Shown here piece by piece: positions 21,169-30,244 of a DNA stretch of 32,000 nt. The position numbers and the translations under genes were made by a program. The DNA comes from Paramicrosporidium saccamoebae KSL3 (Eukaryota > Fungi > Cryptomycota), in NCBI GenBank assembly GCA_002794465.1, contig MTSL01000003.1:30001-62000 (forward strand), in the 5' to 3' direction. A model generated the notes under the pieces. That model searched no databases, was not told where the DNA came from, and saw only the letters and a list, made by a program, of their open reading frames with translations. Each line of letters begins with the position of its first letter. The first letter of the stretch is position 1.

Positions 21169-22218
21169 ATGATGGATGAGAACATACTGCTGACAGAGGA
21201 AAATGCTTTTACTGAAATGTCCATGGTAGAGGATGAATCGAAAGCCACCAACAAGTCAGGCAAGCCTCGGAGAATGCGGAAACAGCCATTGATGGCGTTG
21301 GGAGATCGTCGCGTCGGAACCGATCTCAGTAGAAGCGATACGAGTCAGCGTTTGTTGGAAGTTGCCAGTATGAGTACTCATGCCAAACTTGAATTATATA
21401 ATCGCCTTTCTGATGATTTGCGCAACTTTGTCTCTTCCGCCTCCCACGATTGGCAAGAGGGCGAAGAGTGTCGTCGCTTTACCGTGTTTGGCGACTGCAT
21501 CACCTGCGCAAGATGGAATGACCAAAGTCTGGTTAGTGGTGTTGACATTATTAAAGTCATCGGCGCCATGTACCGTTTGGCAAACATGGGAGGATCGCCT
21601 ACGGATCGTCGGAAATTTGAAGAGGGGATAACCAGCGATCTGAGAAGCCTAAAAGTCGGCGCCCATGCCATCTTGGAGGAGGCCCATTCCAGTCTTCTTG
21701 ACTTTCTCTACCGTATTAGTAGTGTGAGAACTCACAAGAGACAAAAAATTTTCTTCTGGGACACTGTTCCCTTTGAAAAGCTGTACCACGACGCAGCGGA
21801 GAGAGAGAATCGTACAAGTCAATCTCCAGAGCGTACACTGCCACGAGGACGTTCTAATTCTTATCCATTCATGAACTCGCCTCGAGGACCGTTGCGAGGG
21901 AATATGATTAATGCCAAAAGATCTTATGACGGCACTGAGTCAGCATCGCCGCGCTCTTGGGGCAGCCCGGAGAACAGCACCGATCGCTCCGGCTACATTC
22001 TTTATGTCCCGGCGGCGATGCGGAGACACTCTGCGCCAGCGGACCAGCCGGATATCACTAGCTTATCAATGGTTGCTGACGCGGCACTTGGAATGCATGA
22101 TTATTCTACACATGCACAGCAGGAAGCCGTCGCCCTTCCACCCATTAGAACAGAGCTAAAGGCCCAAGAATCGCCTCTCCCTAAGCTGGATTCGATTTTG
22201 CCAAAAGAATTAGACTAG
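21169..22218 (+). CDS. STE12: Ste12-family transcription factor (STE domain), about 349 aa, no C-terminal C2H2 fingers
   Basis: ITCARWN...SGVDIIK...RKFEEGITSDLRSLKVG..LEEAHSSLLDFLY...RTHKRQKIFFW..VPFEKLYHDAAERE. Start placed at the first true ATG (21169). Confidence 0.88.
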   Translation: MMDENILLTEENAFTEMSMVEDESKATNKSGKPRRMRKQPLMALGDRRVGTDLSRSDTSQRLLEVASMSTHAKLELYNRLSDDLRNFVSSASHDWQEGEECRRFTVFGDCITCARWNDQSLVSGVDIIKVIGAMYRLANMGGSPTDRRKFEEGITSDLRSLKVGAHAILEEAHSSLLDFLYRISSVRTHKRQKIFFWDTVPFEKLYHDAAERENRTSQSPERTLPRGRSNSYPFMNSPRGPLRGNMINAKRSYDGTESASPRSWGSPENSTDRSGYILYVPAAMRRHSAPADQPDITSLSMVADAALGMHDYSTHAQQEAVALPPIRTELKAQESPLPKLDSILPKELD

Positions 22219-22407
22219 ACTTGTAAATATAAATATCGCAAGTTGAGTATGTGTAAAGTAGTGAAATTATGGCAAGTACATTAGATGGGCGATACGTGAT
22301 GGGCCAAACATTAAAGAAGGGTTAGAGGCGAGAAATGTGAGACGAAAGACGGCAAGATTAGACGCTCATGTTTTAGCATTCTCCCCGCTACGTGATAATC
22401 TAATTTA

Positions 22408-24834
22408 TTAACGACGACCACCGTTCTTCTTTCCCCTAGCCTTTATGCGTTTTTGTGCACGAACTTCCTTCTTCATTCTGGAATCAACCATTTTGTAATG
22501 CCCCTTGACTCCCTTGGGTCGGCCTTTGACACCGCGTTTTGACCCTCGGGCAACGACAAGCTTTGTCTCTTTCCGCTGTGGTTTACCTGCCTTGCTCAAC
22601 ATTTTCTGAATCTGTTCGCTCTTTTGCCGCTCACCCATATCTTCAGAATCAGCAATCACTGCTGCCTTCTTCTTCATAGCCTCTAGTTTGCGTACAACGC
22701 GCTGACGGTTACGGCCCTTAGCTTCCAACTCTTTCTTTATGGGTCTTGAATCCAATTCCTTCATTTTTGCCTTGAGTAAAGCGACACCCTCCTTGGTAAT
22801 GGGCTTCTGGGGGCGATTATGCTTTGATTCATCATCAAGGAACCAACGGGGAAGAATACCATCATCTTTGAACGAATAGCGATTAAAAGATTCGTCGATC
22901 AAATCCTTTTTGGCACGCTTCTGGTCCCGGGCAATTTTGGCGGCCAAGGTCATTCCATGTGGAGTCAGGACAGACTCTTTTGTCTTTGGATCAATCATGA
23001 GCTCTTCTTCTTCGTCTTCTGACGACTCTGCCTTGACAAACACAATTTCGCCGGGTTCAAGCTTCTTTGATTTTTTTGCATCTTCCCGCTGTTTTTCTTG
23101 CTTCATTTGCTCCAGCTCATGTGCTTTACGCTTCTTCTCTTGCTTCAGCTTTTTCTTAGAGGACTCTTCAAGCTCGCCAGGCATAGGATTTTCATCTAAT
23201 TCACGAAATAGTGGGTTGGAATACCACAAGGCCATTTTTGCATCTTGATTAGCCTTTTCTTCCTCTTTCTTCAGCAAGGACGTGGTCAACTTGGTTCTGG
23301 GGTTTTCGGCAATCTCGTTGTCAGAATTCGATACTACTTCGTTCTCAGAACCCGATGCCATTTGATTGTCGAGTTCTTCATCATGTTCAACCGCCTTCTT
23401 ACGTCTGGAACGAACCAACTCGACGGCATTCTTTGAGAGTTCCTTTTGCTGACGTCTCTCATAGTCTGCCTCTAAATCAGACTCCCAAAGTGCCTCGTCG
23501 TCATCTTCAGACAGAGTCTCAATTTCAGATTCGTTAATACAATGGCCTTCCTTATCAGAGTCACTTTCGCTAAGCACAATGTCCTCATTCCCAACAATGC
23601 CAGAACTTTTTACAAGCGAGAAAAGAGGCTCATTTTCAGCATACTCATCAGCCAGATCATCGGCATTGCCCATACTCAGCTGCATACGCATACGCTGCTT
23701 AGCTTTTCTTTCCAAAGCCTTTCTCTTATCTCTCTTCACCTGCTTATCCTGCTTTTTGGCCAATTCATCGAGCTCACAGATGGGATTTTCCTCAACAACC
23801 ACGTTTTCAGACATTTCGCCCTTGCTAGAATCTGTTGCAACCGCAGTAATAATTCCCAATGCCTGCCGGGCCTCCTTCCGCCATCTGCTTAGAATCTTGA
23901 ATTCACGCCGACCCAGAACCTTCAGATCAGCGCAAAGAACACGAATCTCGGCAAGTTCGTCAGCCAAGTCACACACCTTTTTGGGAGTCTCCTTTGTAAA
24001 CTGAATCTGATTGAATGTTGCTAGTATGGTATTCGGCTCATTGGAGGTAATGAAATCTTCTACTGAAGTTGTCTTGAACAGCATCGTAGCTCCATCTTCA
24101 TAACCTTCACGATGGCGAATCTTTTTCTCGGGATGCAAGAGATCTACCTTGGCAACGCCTCCTTGCAGCAGGGTAATATCTTCAAAGACATGTTTGGGAT
24201 CTAATAGTCTCGGATCAATATGGTTTGGTGCCTTAAAGCCACGGCAGACGACAAAAATTTCTGCCGAAACCGTACGGGAGGAGGCCGGTTTAGTGGCCTC
24301 TACTTTTTTGAACAACTGATTAAAAACCCACATCAAGGCATTGTAGTCTTTGCTTCGGAACACTTTGGTGACAAAGCATCCATCTGCCGCAAGGAACTCT
24401 GTGGCCAGCTTGAGAGAATGTAATACAAGCTCAGATTGAGAATATGCATCGTGTAGCCACGACTTGCCGACGTTTGGTGCACCATCATGAAGCACGGCGT
24501 CGGCTTTCCAGTTCTTTAACTCTTTCTTTAGCTCCGAGCGGCACTTTTCAGTGGTTATGTCGGCGACAATTGTCTTGACACCCGGAATGGGCTTGATGGG
24601 AACAAGATCCACCCCCACGATGACATGAGAAACGGGTGTATACTTTGCTGCAACCTGAAGCCAACCACCTGGAGCGGCACAAAGATCAATAACAACTCGA
24701 GCTTGGTCAAGTAGGTTGTATTTCTTATGAAGTTGGACCAGCTTGAATGCAGAACGAGCACGATATCCTTGGTCCTTGGCCAGAAAGTAGTACTTGTCGA
24801 GACGCCCCTTTCCGGTCTTTTTGCTGAACCCCAT
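22408..24834 (-). CDS. SPB1: 27S pre-rRNA 2'-O-methyltransferase Spb1/FTSJ3, 808 aa, intronless
   Basis: MGFSKKTGKGRLDKYYFLAKDQGYRARSAFKL, DLCAAPGGW, LHDGAPNVG, SRTVSAEIF, C-terminal VKGHYKMVDSRMKKE. Confidence 0.97.
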   Translation of the reverse strand: MGFSKKTGKGRLDKYYFLAKDQGYRARSAFKLVQLHKKYNLLDQARVVIDLCAAPGGWLQVAAKYTPVSHVIVGVDLVPIKPIPGVKTIVADITTEKCRSELKKELKNWKADAVLHDGAPNVGKSWLHDAYSQSELVLHSLKLATEFLAADGCFVTKVFRSKDYNALMWVFNQLFKKVEATKPASSRTVSAEIFVVCRGFKAPNHIDPRLLDPKHVFEDITLLQGGVAKVDLLHPEKKIRHREGYEDGATMLFKTTSVEDFITSNEPNTILATFNQIQFTKETPKKVCDLADELAEIRVLCADLKVLGRREFKILSRWRKEARQALGIITAVATDSSKGEMSENVVVEENPICELDELAKKQDKQVKRDKRKALERKAKQRMRMQLSMGNADDLADEYAENEPLFSLVKSSGIVGNEDIVLSESDSDKEGHCINESEIETLSEDDDEALWESDLEADYERRQQKELSKNAVELVRSRRKKAVEHDEELDNQMASGSENEVVSNSDNEIAENPRTKLTTSLLKKEEEKANQDAKMALWYSNPLFRELDENPMPGELEESSKKKLKQEKKRKAHELEQMKQEKQREDAKKSKKLEPGEIVFVKAESSEDEEEELMIDPKTKESVLTPHGMTLAAKIARDQKRAKKDLIDESFNRYSFKDDGILPRWFLDDESKHNRPQKPITKEGVALLKAKMKELDSRPIKKELEAKGRNRQRVVRKLEAMKKKAAVIADSEDMGERQKSEQIQKMLSKAGKPQRKETKLVVARGSKRGVKGRPKGVKGHYKMVDSRMKKEVRAQKRIKARGKKNGGRR

Positions 24835-25002
24835 CCTACGCTGTACCTCACCCCTGGCCAATGCGGCTATCAATAATTTTACAGAGATCGCGTCTGAGTA
24901 GTCTTGTCGACAAACCACGGACAATCTCGCCGAGATGGCTGATAAATTTAGTAATTGGATTGTACTGCTGCAACATCGATGCTAGTTCAGATCCATTTCA
25001 TT

Positions 25003-25010
25003 CTGATTGG
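25003..25010. promoter_or_regulatory. CCAAT box in the SPB1/LCB1 divergent promoter
   Basis: CTGATTGG 65 nt upstream of the LCB1 ATG. Confidence 0.5.
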
Positions 25011-25075
25011 TCGACTGATTTCATAGGACGAGATGTAACTATTTACGGACTGTAACGGAGGTGGTTCCAGTCAGC

Positions 25076-26624
25076 ATGTCTGAGGCAATTTCCGAGGCTC
25101 TTTGGAATCTTATAACAACCACAGGACATACTCTACAGCAAGTGCCTGGATTGGCCGTTGTTGTGCGTTACATCCAAAGGTCATACCAGAATGACCCGAT
25201 TCGCGTTATTATCGAAGTTCTCGTGTTCATTTGGGCGTTGTACTATGTGCTTAAACGCGATGAGACCAAGGACAGCACCAAACTTACGGAAAGGGTAGTC
25301 TTATTCTGCAGGCTTTTTACAGTAGGAAATTGAAATGTTGGTGGAGGAGTGGGAGCCGGAGGCTCTTGTGCCACGGCCCACCAACTCTTCCCGCGCCGAA
25401 GATGACAATCCACCAGTTATCAAAGGGTGCACCTTTTGCCCATACTGACCGTTTAGACAATCGGATTTGAACGTCACTCTGACGACGGGCGAGAGACTGC
25501 AGAACTGGGCCACCGCCAACTATTTGGGGCTTCAAAACAATGCAGACATTACGCAGGCGGCAATAGAGACGGTTAGACAGTACGGTGTAGGTGCCTGTGG
25601 GCCCGCGGGATTTTACGGATCTATGGATGTTCATCTTGACTTGGAAAAGCAGCTAGCTCAGATTTTGGGGACTGAGGAAGCGATCGTATACTCCCAAGGC
25701 TTCATGGCGGTAGCAAGCGTGATCCCAGCGTTTTGCAAGCGCAGTGATATCATTGTAGCTGACTCGGGTGTATCGTTTGCTGGACAGACAGGTTTGGAGA
25801 TTTCTCGCAGTCAGGTCTACTTTTTTGAGCACAACGATATGGAGGATTTGGAGCGCGTCCTCAAACAAGTCGATCAGGACTGTCTCAGAAAAAAAATGCC
25901 TCTCTCTCGTCGATTCATTGTGGCAGAGGGTCTTTATGCAAAGCATGGCGACAAGTGTCCTTTACCCAAAATTATCGAGCTCAAGGAAAGATACAAATAT
26001 CGACTGATGCTAGATGAGAGTCTGTCGTTTGGCTGCATCGGCCCTCGTGGATTGGGCATTTCAGATTATTTTGGCATTCCTGCCACTAAAATTGACATTA
26101 TTGCCGGATCTTTCAGCCAGGCTTTGGGATCTTCTGGTGGATTCTGTGCCGGATCCCATCATGTCGTGGATCACCAACGGCTGTCAAGTCAGGCATACTG
26201 CTTCTCAGCTGCCCTGCCGCCCCTGTTGGCTGTTGCCACCTCCTTAGCCCTACAGCAGGTGGAATCCTGTCCCGAAGTCATCCATGACTTGCGTCGAAAC
26301 ATGACAGTATTTAATGCCGTGCTGGAAACATCTCTTCCCAAAAGATTTGTCGTCAATGGTGACCGTGACTCTCCGCTGCGGTTTGTACGTCTGTCGACAC
26401 GACACGAAGATCCCGAACACGAAGTTTCAGTTATGAACGTTATTGTTAAGGAGATGCGCAAGCGGGGCTTCCTAGTTACTCGCGACAAACATGTACAGTC
26501 TCGAGAAAAGTTTATACCTCCGCCTTCTGTCAAGGTTTGTTTATCGTCAGGGTTCTCTGAGAAGGAAACTAACACCTTTGCTAATGCCTTGATTGAAAGC
26601 ATGAGAGTAGCTCGAGTCGTGTAG
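25076..26624 (+). CDS. LCB1: Serine palmitoyltransferase subunit 1, 505 aa; intron 25295-25325
   Basis: N-terminal TM (YQNDPIRVIIE...), EEWEPEALV, YGVGACGPAGFYGSMDVH, YKYRLMLDESLSFG, QAYCFSAALPP; lacks the PLP lysine, as expected for LCB1. Confidence 0.95.
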
Positions 26625-26656
26625 TTTATTGTAATAAATCTGCGTATTTCTGTAAA

Positions 26657-26727
26657 GGTGGTGTATTGAGTCGTGTATGTCTATGGAGGTAGTGTATTGA
26701 GCTGTATATGTCTATGGAGGTGGTGTA
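26657..26727. repeat. 31-bp tandem repeat, about 2.3 copies
   Basis: GGTGGTGTATTGAGTCGTGTATGTCTATGGA / GGTAGTGTATTGAGCTGTATATGTCTATGGA / GGTGGTGTA. Confidence 0.85.
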
Positions 26728-26770
26728 AGTTTCGCTTGAGTCGGTCGTAATTTATAAGCATATGTTGGTA

Positions 26771-27085
26771 GATGGTTTAGAGTTGCTTGAATCAGGTAAT
26801 ACTTTATCTACCCAACTGTTTGTGGACGGCTTAGGTTTGTTTGGATCAGATAATACTTTATTTATCTAATTGTATGTGGATGGTTTAGGTTCGCTTGAAA
26901 CAGATAATACTTTACTTACCTGTTTTCGGGTGGTTTAACTTTGTTTGAATCGGATAATACTTTATTCACCTAACTGTCTGCGGGTGATTTAAATCTTGTT
27001 TGAAAAGAGCCATACCTCATTCACCTAACTGTCTGCAGAGATTTCAGCTTGCGTGATCGGGACATACCTTATCCACACAACCTAA
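26771..27085. repeat. Degenerate 54-bp tandem array, 5-6 copies, non-coding
   Basis: Units start at 26771, 26825, 26879, 26929, 26983, 27038 (54, 54, 50, 54, 55 nt, last one decayed). Shared core close to GGTTTA..TTGTTTGAATCAGATAATACTTTATT.ACCTAACTGT.TG. Unit 2 has stops in all six frames. Confidence 0.9.
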
Positions 27086-27127
27086 CCTTACTTATCCCTC
27101 CCCTCCCCACCTCGCCTCACTACACCT

Positions 27128-28684
27128 TTACCCACGAGAGGATTTCGATTTCGCAGCCATGTCTATCCTTGGACTTGTTCCATTAACTACTGCTCGTTCG
27201 TCAAATGTTACTTTGGCGTACCCAGCACCGGGAGCTTCGTACATTACTGGCAACAGAACGCGTTCCATAATCGATCGAAGACCTCTTGCTCCAGTTCCAG
27301 CACGTAAGGCTTCTCGCGCCACGGCGTGTAGTGCATCAGGAGTAAATACGAGCTTCACTCCCTGCACTGCCAGCAGACTTTCATATTGCTTTAGAAGAGC
27401 ATGTCGCGGTTCAGTTAGTGTTCGGACTAGAGCAGACTCATCCAGCGCCTCCAATACAGCGACTACAGGGACCCTACCGATAAACTCGGGAATCATGCCG
27501 TAATGCATCAAGTCCGTTGGTGTCACTTCAGTGAGCGCCTTGTGTTCTTTTGCCTTTGAACCAGTTCCAAATCCAAGGCTTCTTTCCTCCATCCTACTTC
27601 GAACAACATTGTCCAGTCCACTGAATGCACCAGACAAGATAAAGAGCAGCTTCGATGTATCAAAGTTGGTACTATCCTTACTGCCTCCTCCAATGGAAGC
27701 ACGGTTACGAGCAGAGATGGGCGCCAGTGTTCCTTCCAGCATCTTTAGCAGCGCTTGCTGGACGCCTTCACCGCCTACATCTCGCGTGCCCTCTGGTGCT
27801 GCCTGTTTTGCTAGTTTGTCTACCTCATCGAGGAAGACGATTCCACATTGAGCTCGTGCTATATTTCCTCCCGCAGAATCCAGCAGTCGCTGTAGAAGGG
27901 ATTCGACATCCTCGCCAACATATCCCGCCTCTGTCAATGTTGTGGCATCGCACATGGCAAATGGCACCTTGAGCAATTCAGCAAGCGTCTTTGCCAGCAG
28001 TGTCTTTCCAGTCCCCGATGGTCCAACCAACATGACATTGCTCTTTTCGTGACGGATGCTTTCCGAGTTTGGCTGCAGCATTCCAGCACGTAGCTTGACG
28101 TAATGGTTGTATAATGCTACCGCTAGGACCCGCTTCGCATGATGTTGTCCGATAACATGACGTTCTAGGTGGGCAACAATCTCTTTTGGTTTCGGTGGGT
28201 CGGAAATCGTGTCTGCCAATGGACTATGCGCTGGTGGCTTTTCTACGGTGGGGATGATCAACATTGGAAACTCTGGTCCTGCAAGTGTAAAATGAAAGCA
28301 CTTTGGGCAATGGAGTATTGGCGTACTGCTAGAAGTTGATGTGACTTTGAGCGGCGCCTTGCATTTGGGACAGTTGGCAAAAACTATAGATTAAGGTGCA
28401 GTCCAATCGACTATACCTGTTTTTGGGGGCGGCTTAGGTGGGTCTCGTCCATTAGTTGTAGAAAGCCACCTCTTCATCGATTGTTGGTGAAAAGCTCCTC
28501 TCCCCGACAATCCAGAACCATTGAATCTAGCCATCGGCACTCGAGAAGCATCCGACCCTACTATCGACAACCGAGAGGCATCCAACTCTGCTATTGACAA
28601 TCGAGAGGCATTTAACTTTGCTATCGACAACTGAGGACCATCCACTCTCGCCACAGCCCTCCTCAAGACATTGTGAATCAGCAT
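27128..28684 (-). CDS. CLPX: Mitochondrial ClpX AAA+ unfoldase with C4 zinc-binding domain, 507 aa; intron 28384-28416
   Basis: VIGQHHAKRVLAVALYNHY, EKSNVMLVGPSGTGKTLLA, GYVGEDVE, FLDEVDK, RDVGGEGVQQALLK, GMIPEFIGR, TGARGLR. Spliced N-terminus adds CPKC-x15-CPKC and an Arg-rich presequence. Confidence 0.93.
28501..28650 (-). repeat. 30-bp (10-aa) tandem repeat, 5 copies, inside the ClpX N-terminal presequence region
   Basis: Encodes QLSIAKLNAS / RLSIAELDAS / RLSIVGSDAS / RVPMARFNGS. Confidence 0.85.
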
Positions 28685-28805
28685 TATACAAGGCCTCTGG
28701 TCCAAATTCACATTCCAGACGTTTATTCAGCACCATTACTATATATAGACATCGATGACCAATGAGCCCGATGCTGAAGCCAAGATATATTTCTGCTATT
28801 ATAGG

Positions 28806-29449
28806 CTACCCTTGGATAGCCAGCAAATCAGTCCTTATCCATGGCACATCTTCCTCTGAAGAATCCTGTTCTGAGAAGTAAAGGGAAGGCAGACTTTTCT
28901 GTGCATCATGGGTAGTTAAATGTCCCGTGTCTAGAGAGGGCCGATTTTTCTGTGTAGCTTCGCTAATTGGATGCTTCGCACCCAGAGAAGGCAGGCGTTT
29001 CTGTGTGGCTTGGATAATTGGATGCCTCGAGTTCAGAGACCCAGAACGCAGCTGATGCCACACTCGCCGCTCCTCGTCCTAAAATATGTACTTTGGGCAA
29101 GTCTTGGCGTACGGCAATTGCGTCTTGGCAGATACGGTGTTGAGTGGCAGAAAAATCACGCTTCACTGCCTCTGTGGCATATTCTAACCTTTTGGTGGCA
29201 GCAGACTTACGGTTCTGTCGCTGGGCCTCCATCTCTCGGTATCTTTCATAGTACGGATGATCCATTTCTAAACATGAGGCTAATAAAGTGGGAACCTTTT
29301 GTGAATGCACCAGTACGGAGTTGCTCAATTAACTCATCAATGCAGAACAGCTCGCCCGCATCCTCTTCATTCAGTCTGGGCGTCCTGTTTCGCTTGATTG
29401 AGGACAATGGCGGTTGCTGATTTAACCTAGACCGCTCGTTCTCCGACAT
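28806..29449 (-). CDS. Small Sds3/BRMS1-like protein (Sin3-Rpd3L HDAC complex family), about 193 aa; introns 29268-29295 and 29079-29112
   Basis: Three short ORFs join in frame through two 28/34-nt GT-AG introns. LRTG..HPYYERYREMEAQRQNR...RLEYATEAVKRDF coiled coil and terminal WIRTDLLAI resemble the Sds3 domain. Confidence 0.5.
28882..29034 (-). repeat. 51-bp (17-aa) tandem repeat, 3 copies, in the last exon of the Sds3-like gene
   Basis: SLNSRHPIIQATQKRLP / SLGAKHPISEATQKNRP / SLDTGHLTTHDAQKSLP. Confidence 0.85.
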
Positions 29450-29544
29450 GTTCGTTCTGTGGCCGCCCTGGTACAGTTCTCGTCCTCCAAAAGTCTGAAC
29501 TCGAAATATTGTAATCGAACAGTTGTATTTATTAGCAGAAATAT

Positions 29545-30104
29545 TTAGGCTTGCATGGCATTGCGACGAGCCTGCAGAGCAGACTTTCCGTTGGCCTTGC
29601 GCTTCAACAAGTCAGCACGATCCTTGTCCATCTTAATCTTGGTGATAGACACCTTGCTGGGATTAACTCCAACAAAAACAGTCTGACCTACACACATGAA
29701 TACACCAAACTAACTGCATACCATTGACCTTCTCGCGTTGGATGCGCTCGATGTGGATGACCCAGCGGCGACGATACACCTGGACAACCTTTCCCTCGCG
29801 GCCCTTGTAGGTACCCCGAGTGACAATGACCTCGTCATCCTTGCGGATGGGGAGGGACTTGACGTCATGCTTTCCGCGGAGCTCCTTGCTCAGAGGGGCA
29901 GACATGATGACACGACGGACGTGAGAGGGGGCCGAGAAGTGGGCCTTGCGGCACTTGCGGCGAGATGAGGTCACGTCTAGAGATTAGTTTCGGTTCTGGG
30001 GGACTGGAGGAGAATGCACGTCCGGTTTTAAACGCATATAGATGGGCTTAAGGACGGATGTATGGGAACGTTATGGAATGACACTTACTTGGCGAGAACT
30101 TCAT
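29545..30104 (-). CDS. RPL26: 60S ribosomal protein L26 (uL24), 137 aa; introns 29977-30088 (112 nt) and 29688-29721 (34 nt)
   Basis: MKFSPN|[33 protein letters not shown]...REKVNG|[12 protein letters not shown]. Intron 1 has a GTAAGT donor and ACTAATCTCTAG end. Confidence 0.97.
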
Positions 30105-30244
30105 ATGGACCAGTACGCGAACCCTGGCCGAACCAAGGGTCTTTCTCATTCGTCCGTCACACCCAAACCATGGAGCAGGATTTCTAATAAAATCGATCGT
30201 TTATTTTGAATACGATCCATGTTTAAATATAACACAAGCCATGC

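Noticed and set aside
20881-24924. Longer N-termini from the ORF track for GNL1, STE12 and SPB1
   Set aside because: Family-typical N-termini or the first true ATG lie downstream (20880, 21169, 24834); the extensions run through promoter DNA.
26913-26922. TACTTACCTG matching the U1 snRNA 5' end
   Set aside because: It is a variant of the repeat unit, with no U1 stem-loops or Sm site downstream.
26771-27085. Regularly spaced repeats as a CRISPR array
   Set aside because: Units are contiguous and similar along their whole length with no unique spacers; eukaryotic context; no cas genes.
17779-30104. Functional cluster of 60S biogenesis genes (candidate snoRNA, GNL1, SPB1, RPL26) and of sphingolipid genes (MPO1, LCB1)
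   Set aside because: Interspersed with unrelated genes; such housekeeping genes are common enough in a reduced genome to co-occur by chance.
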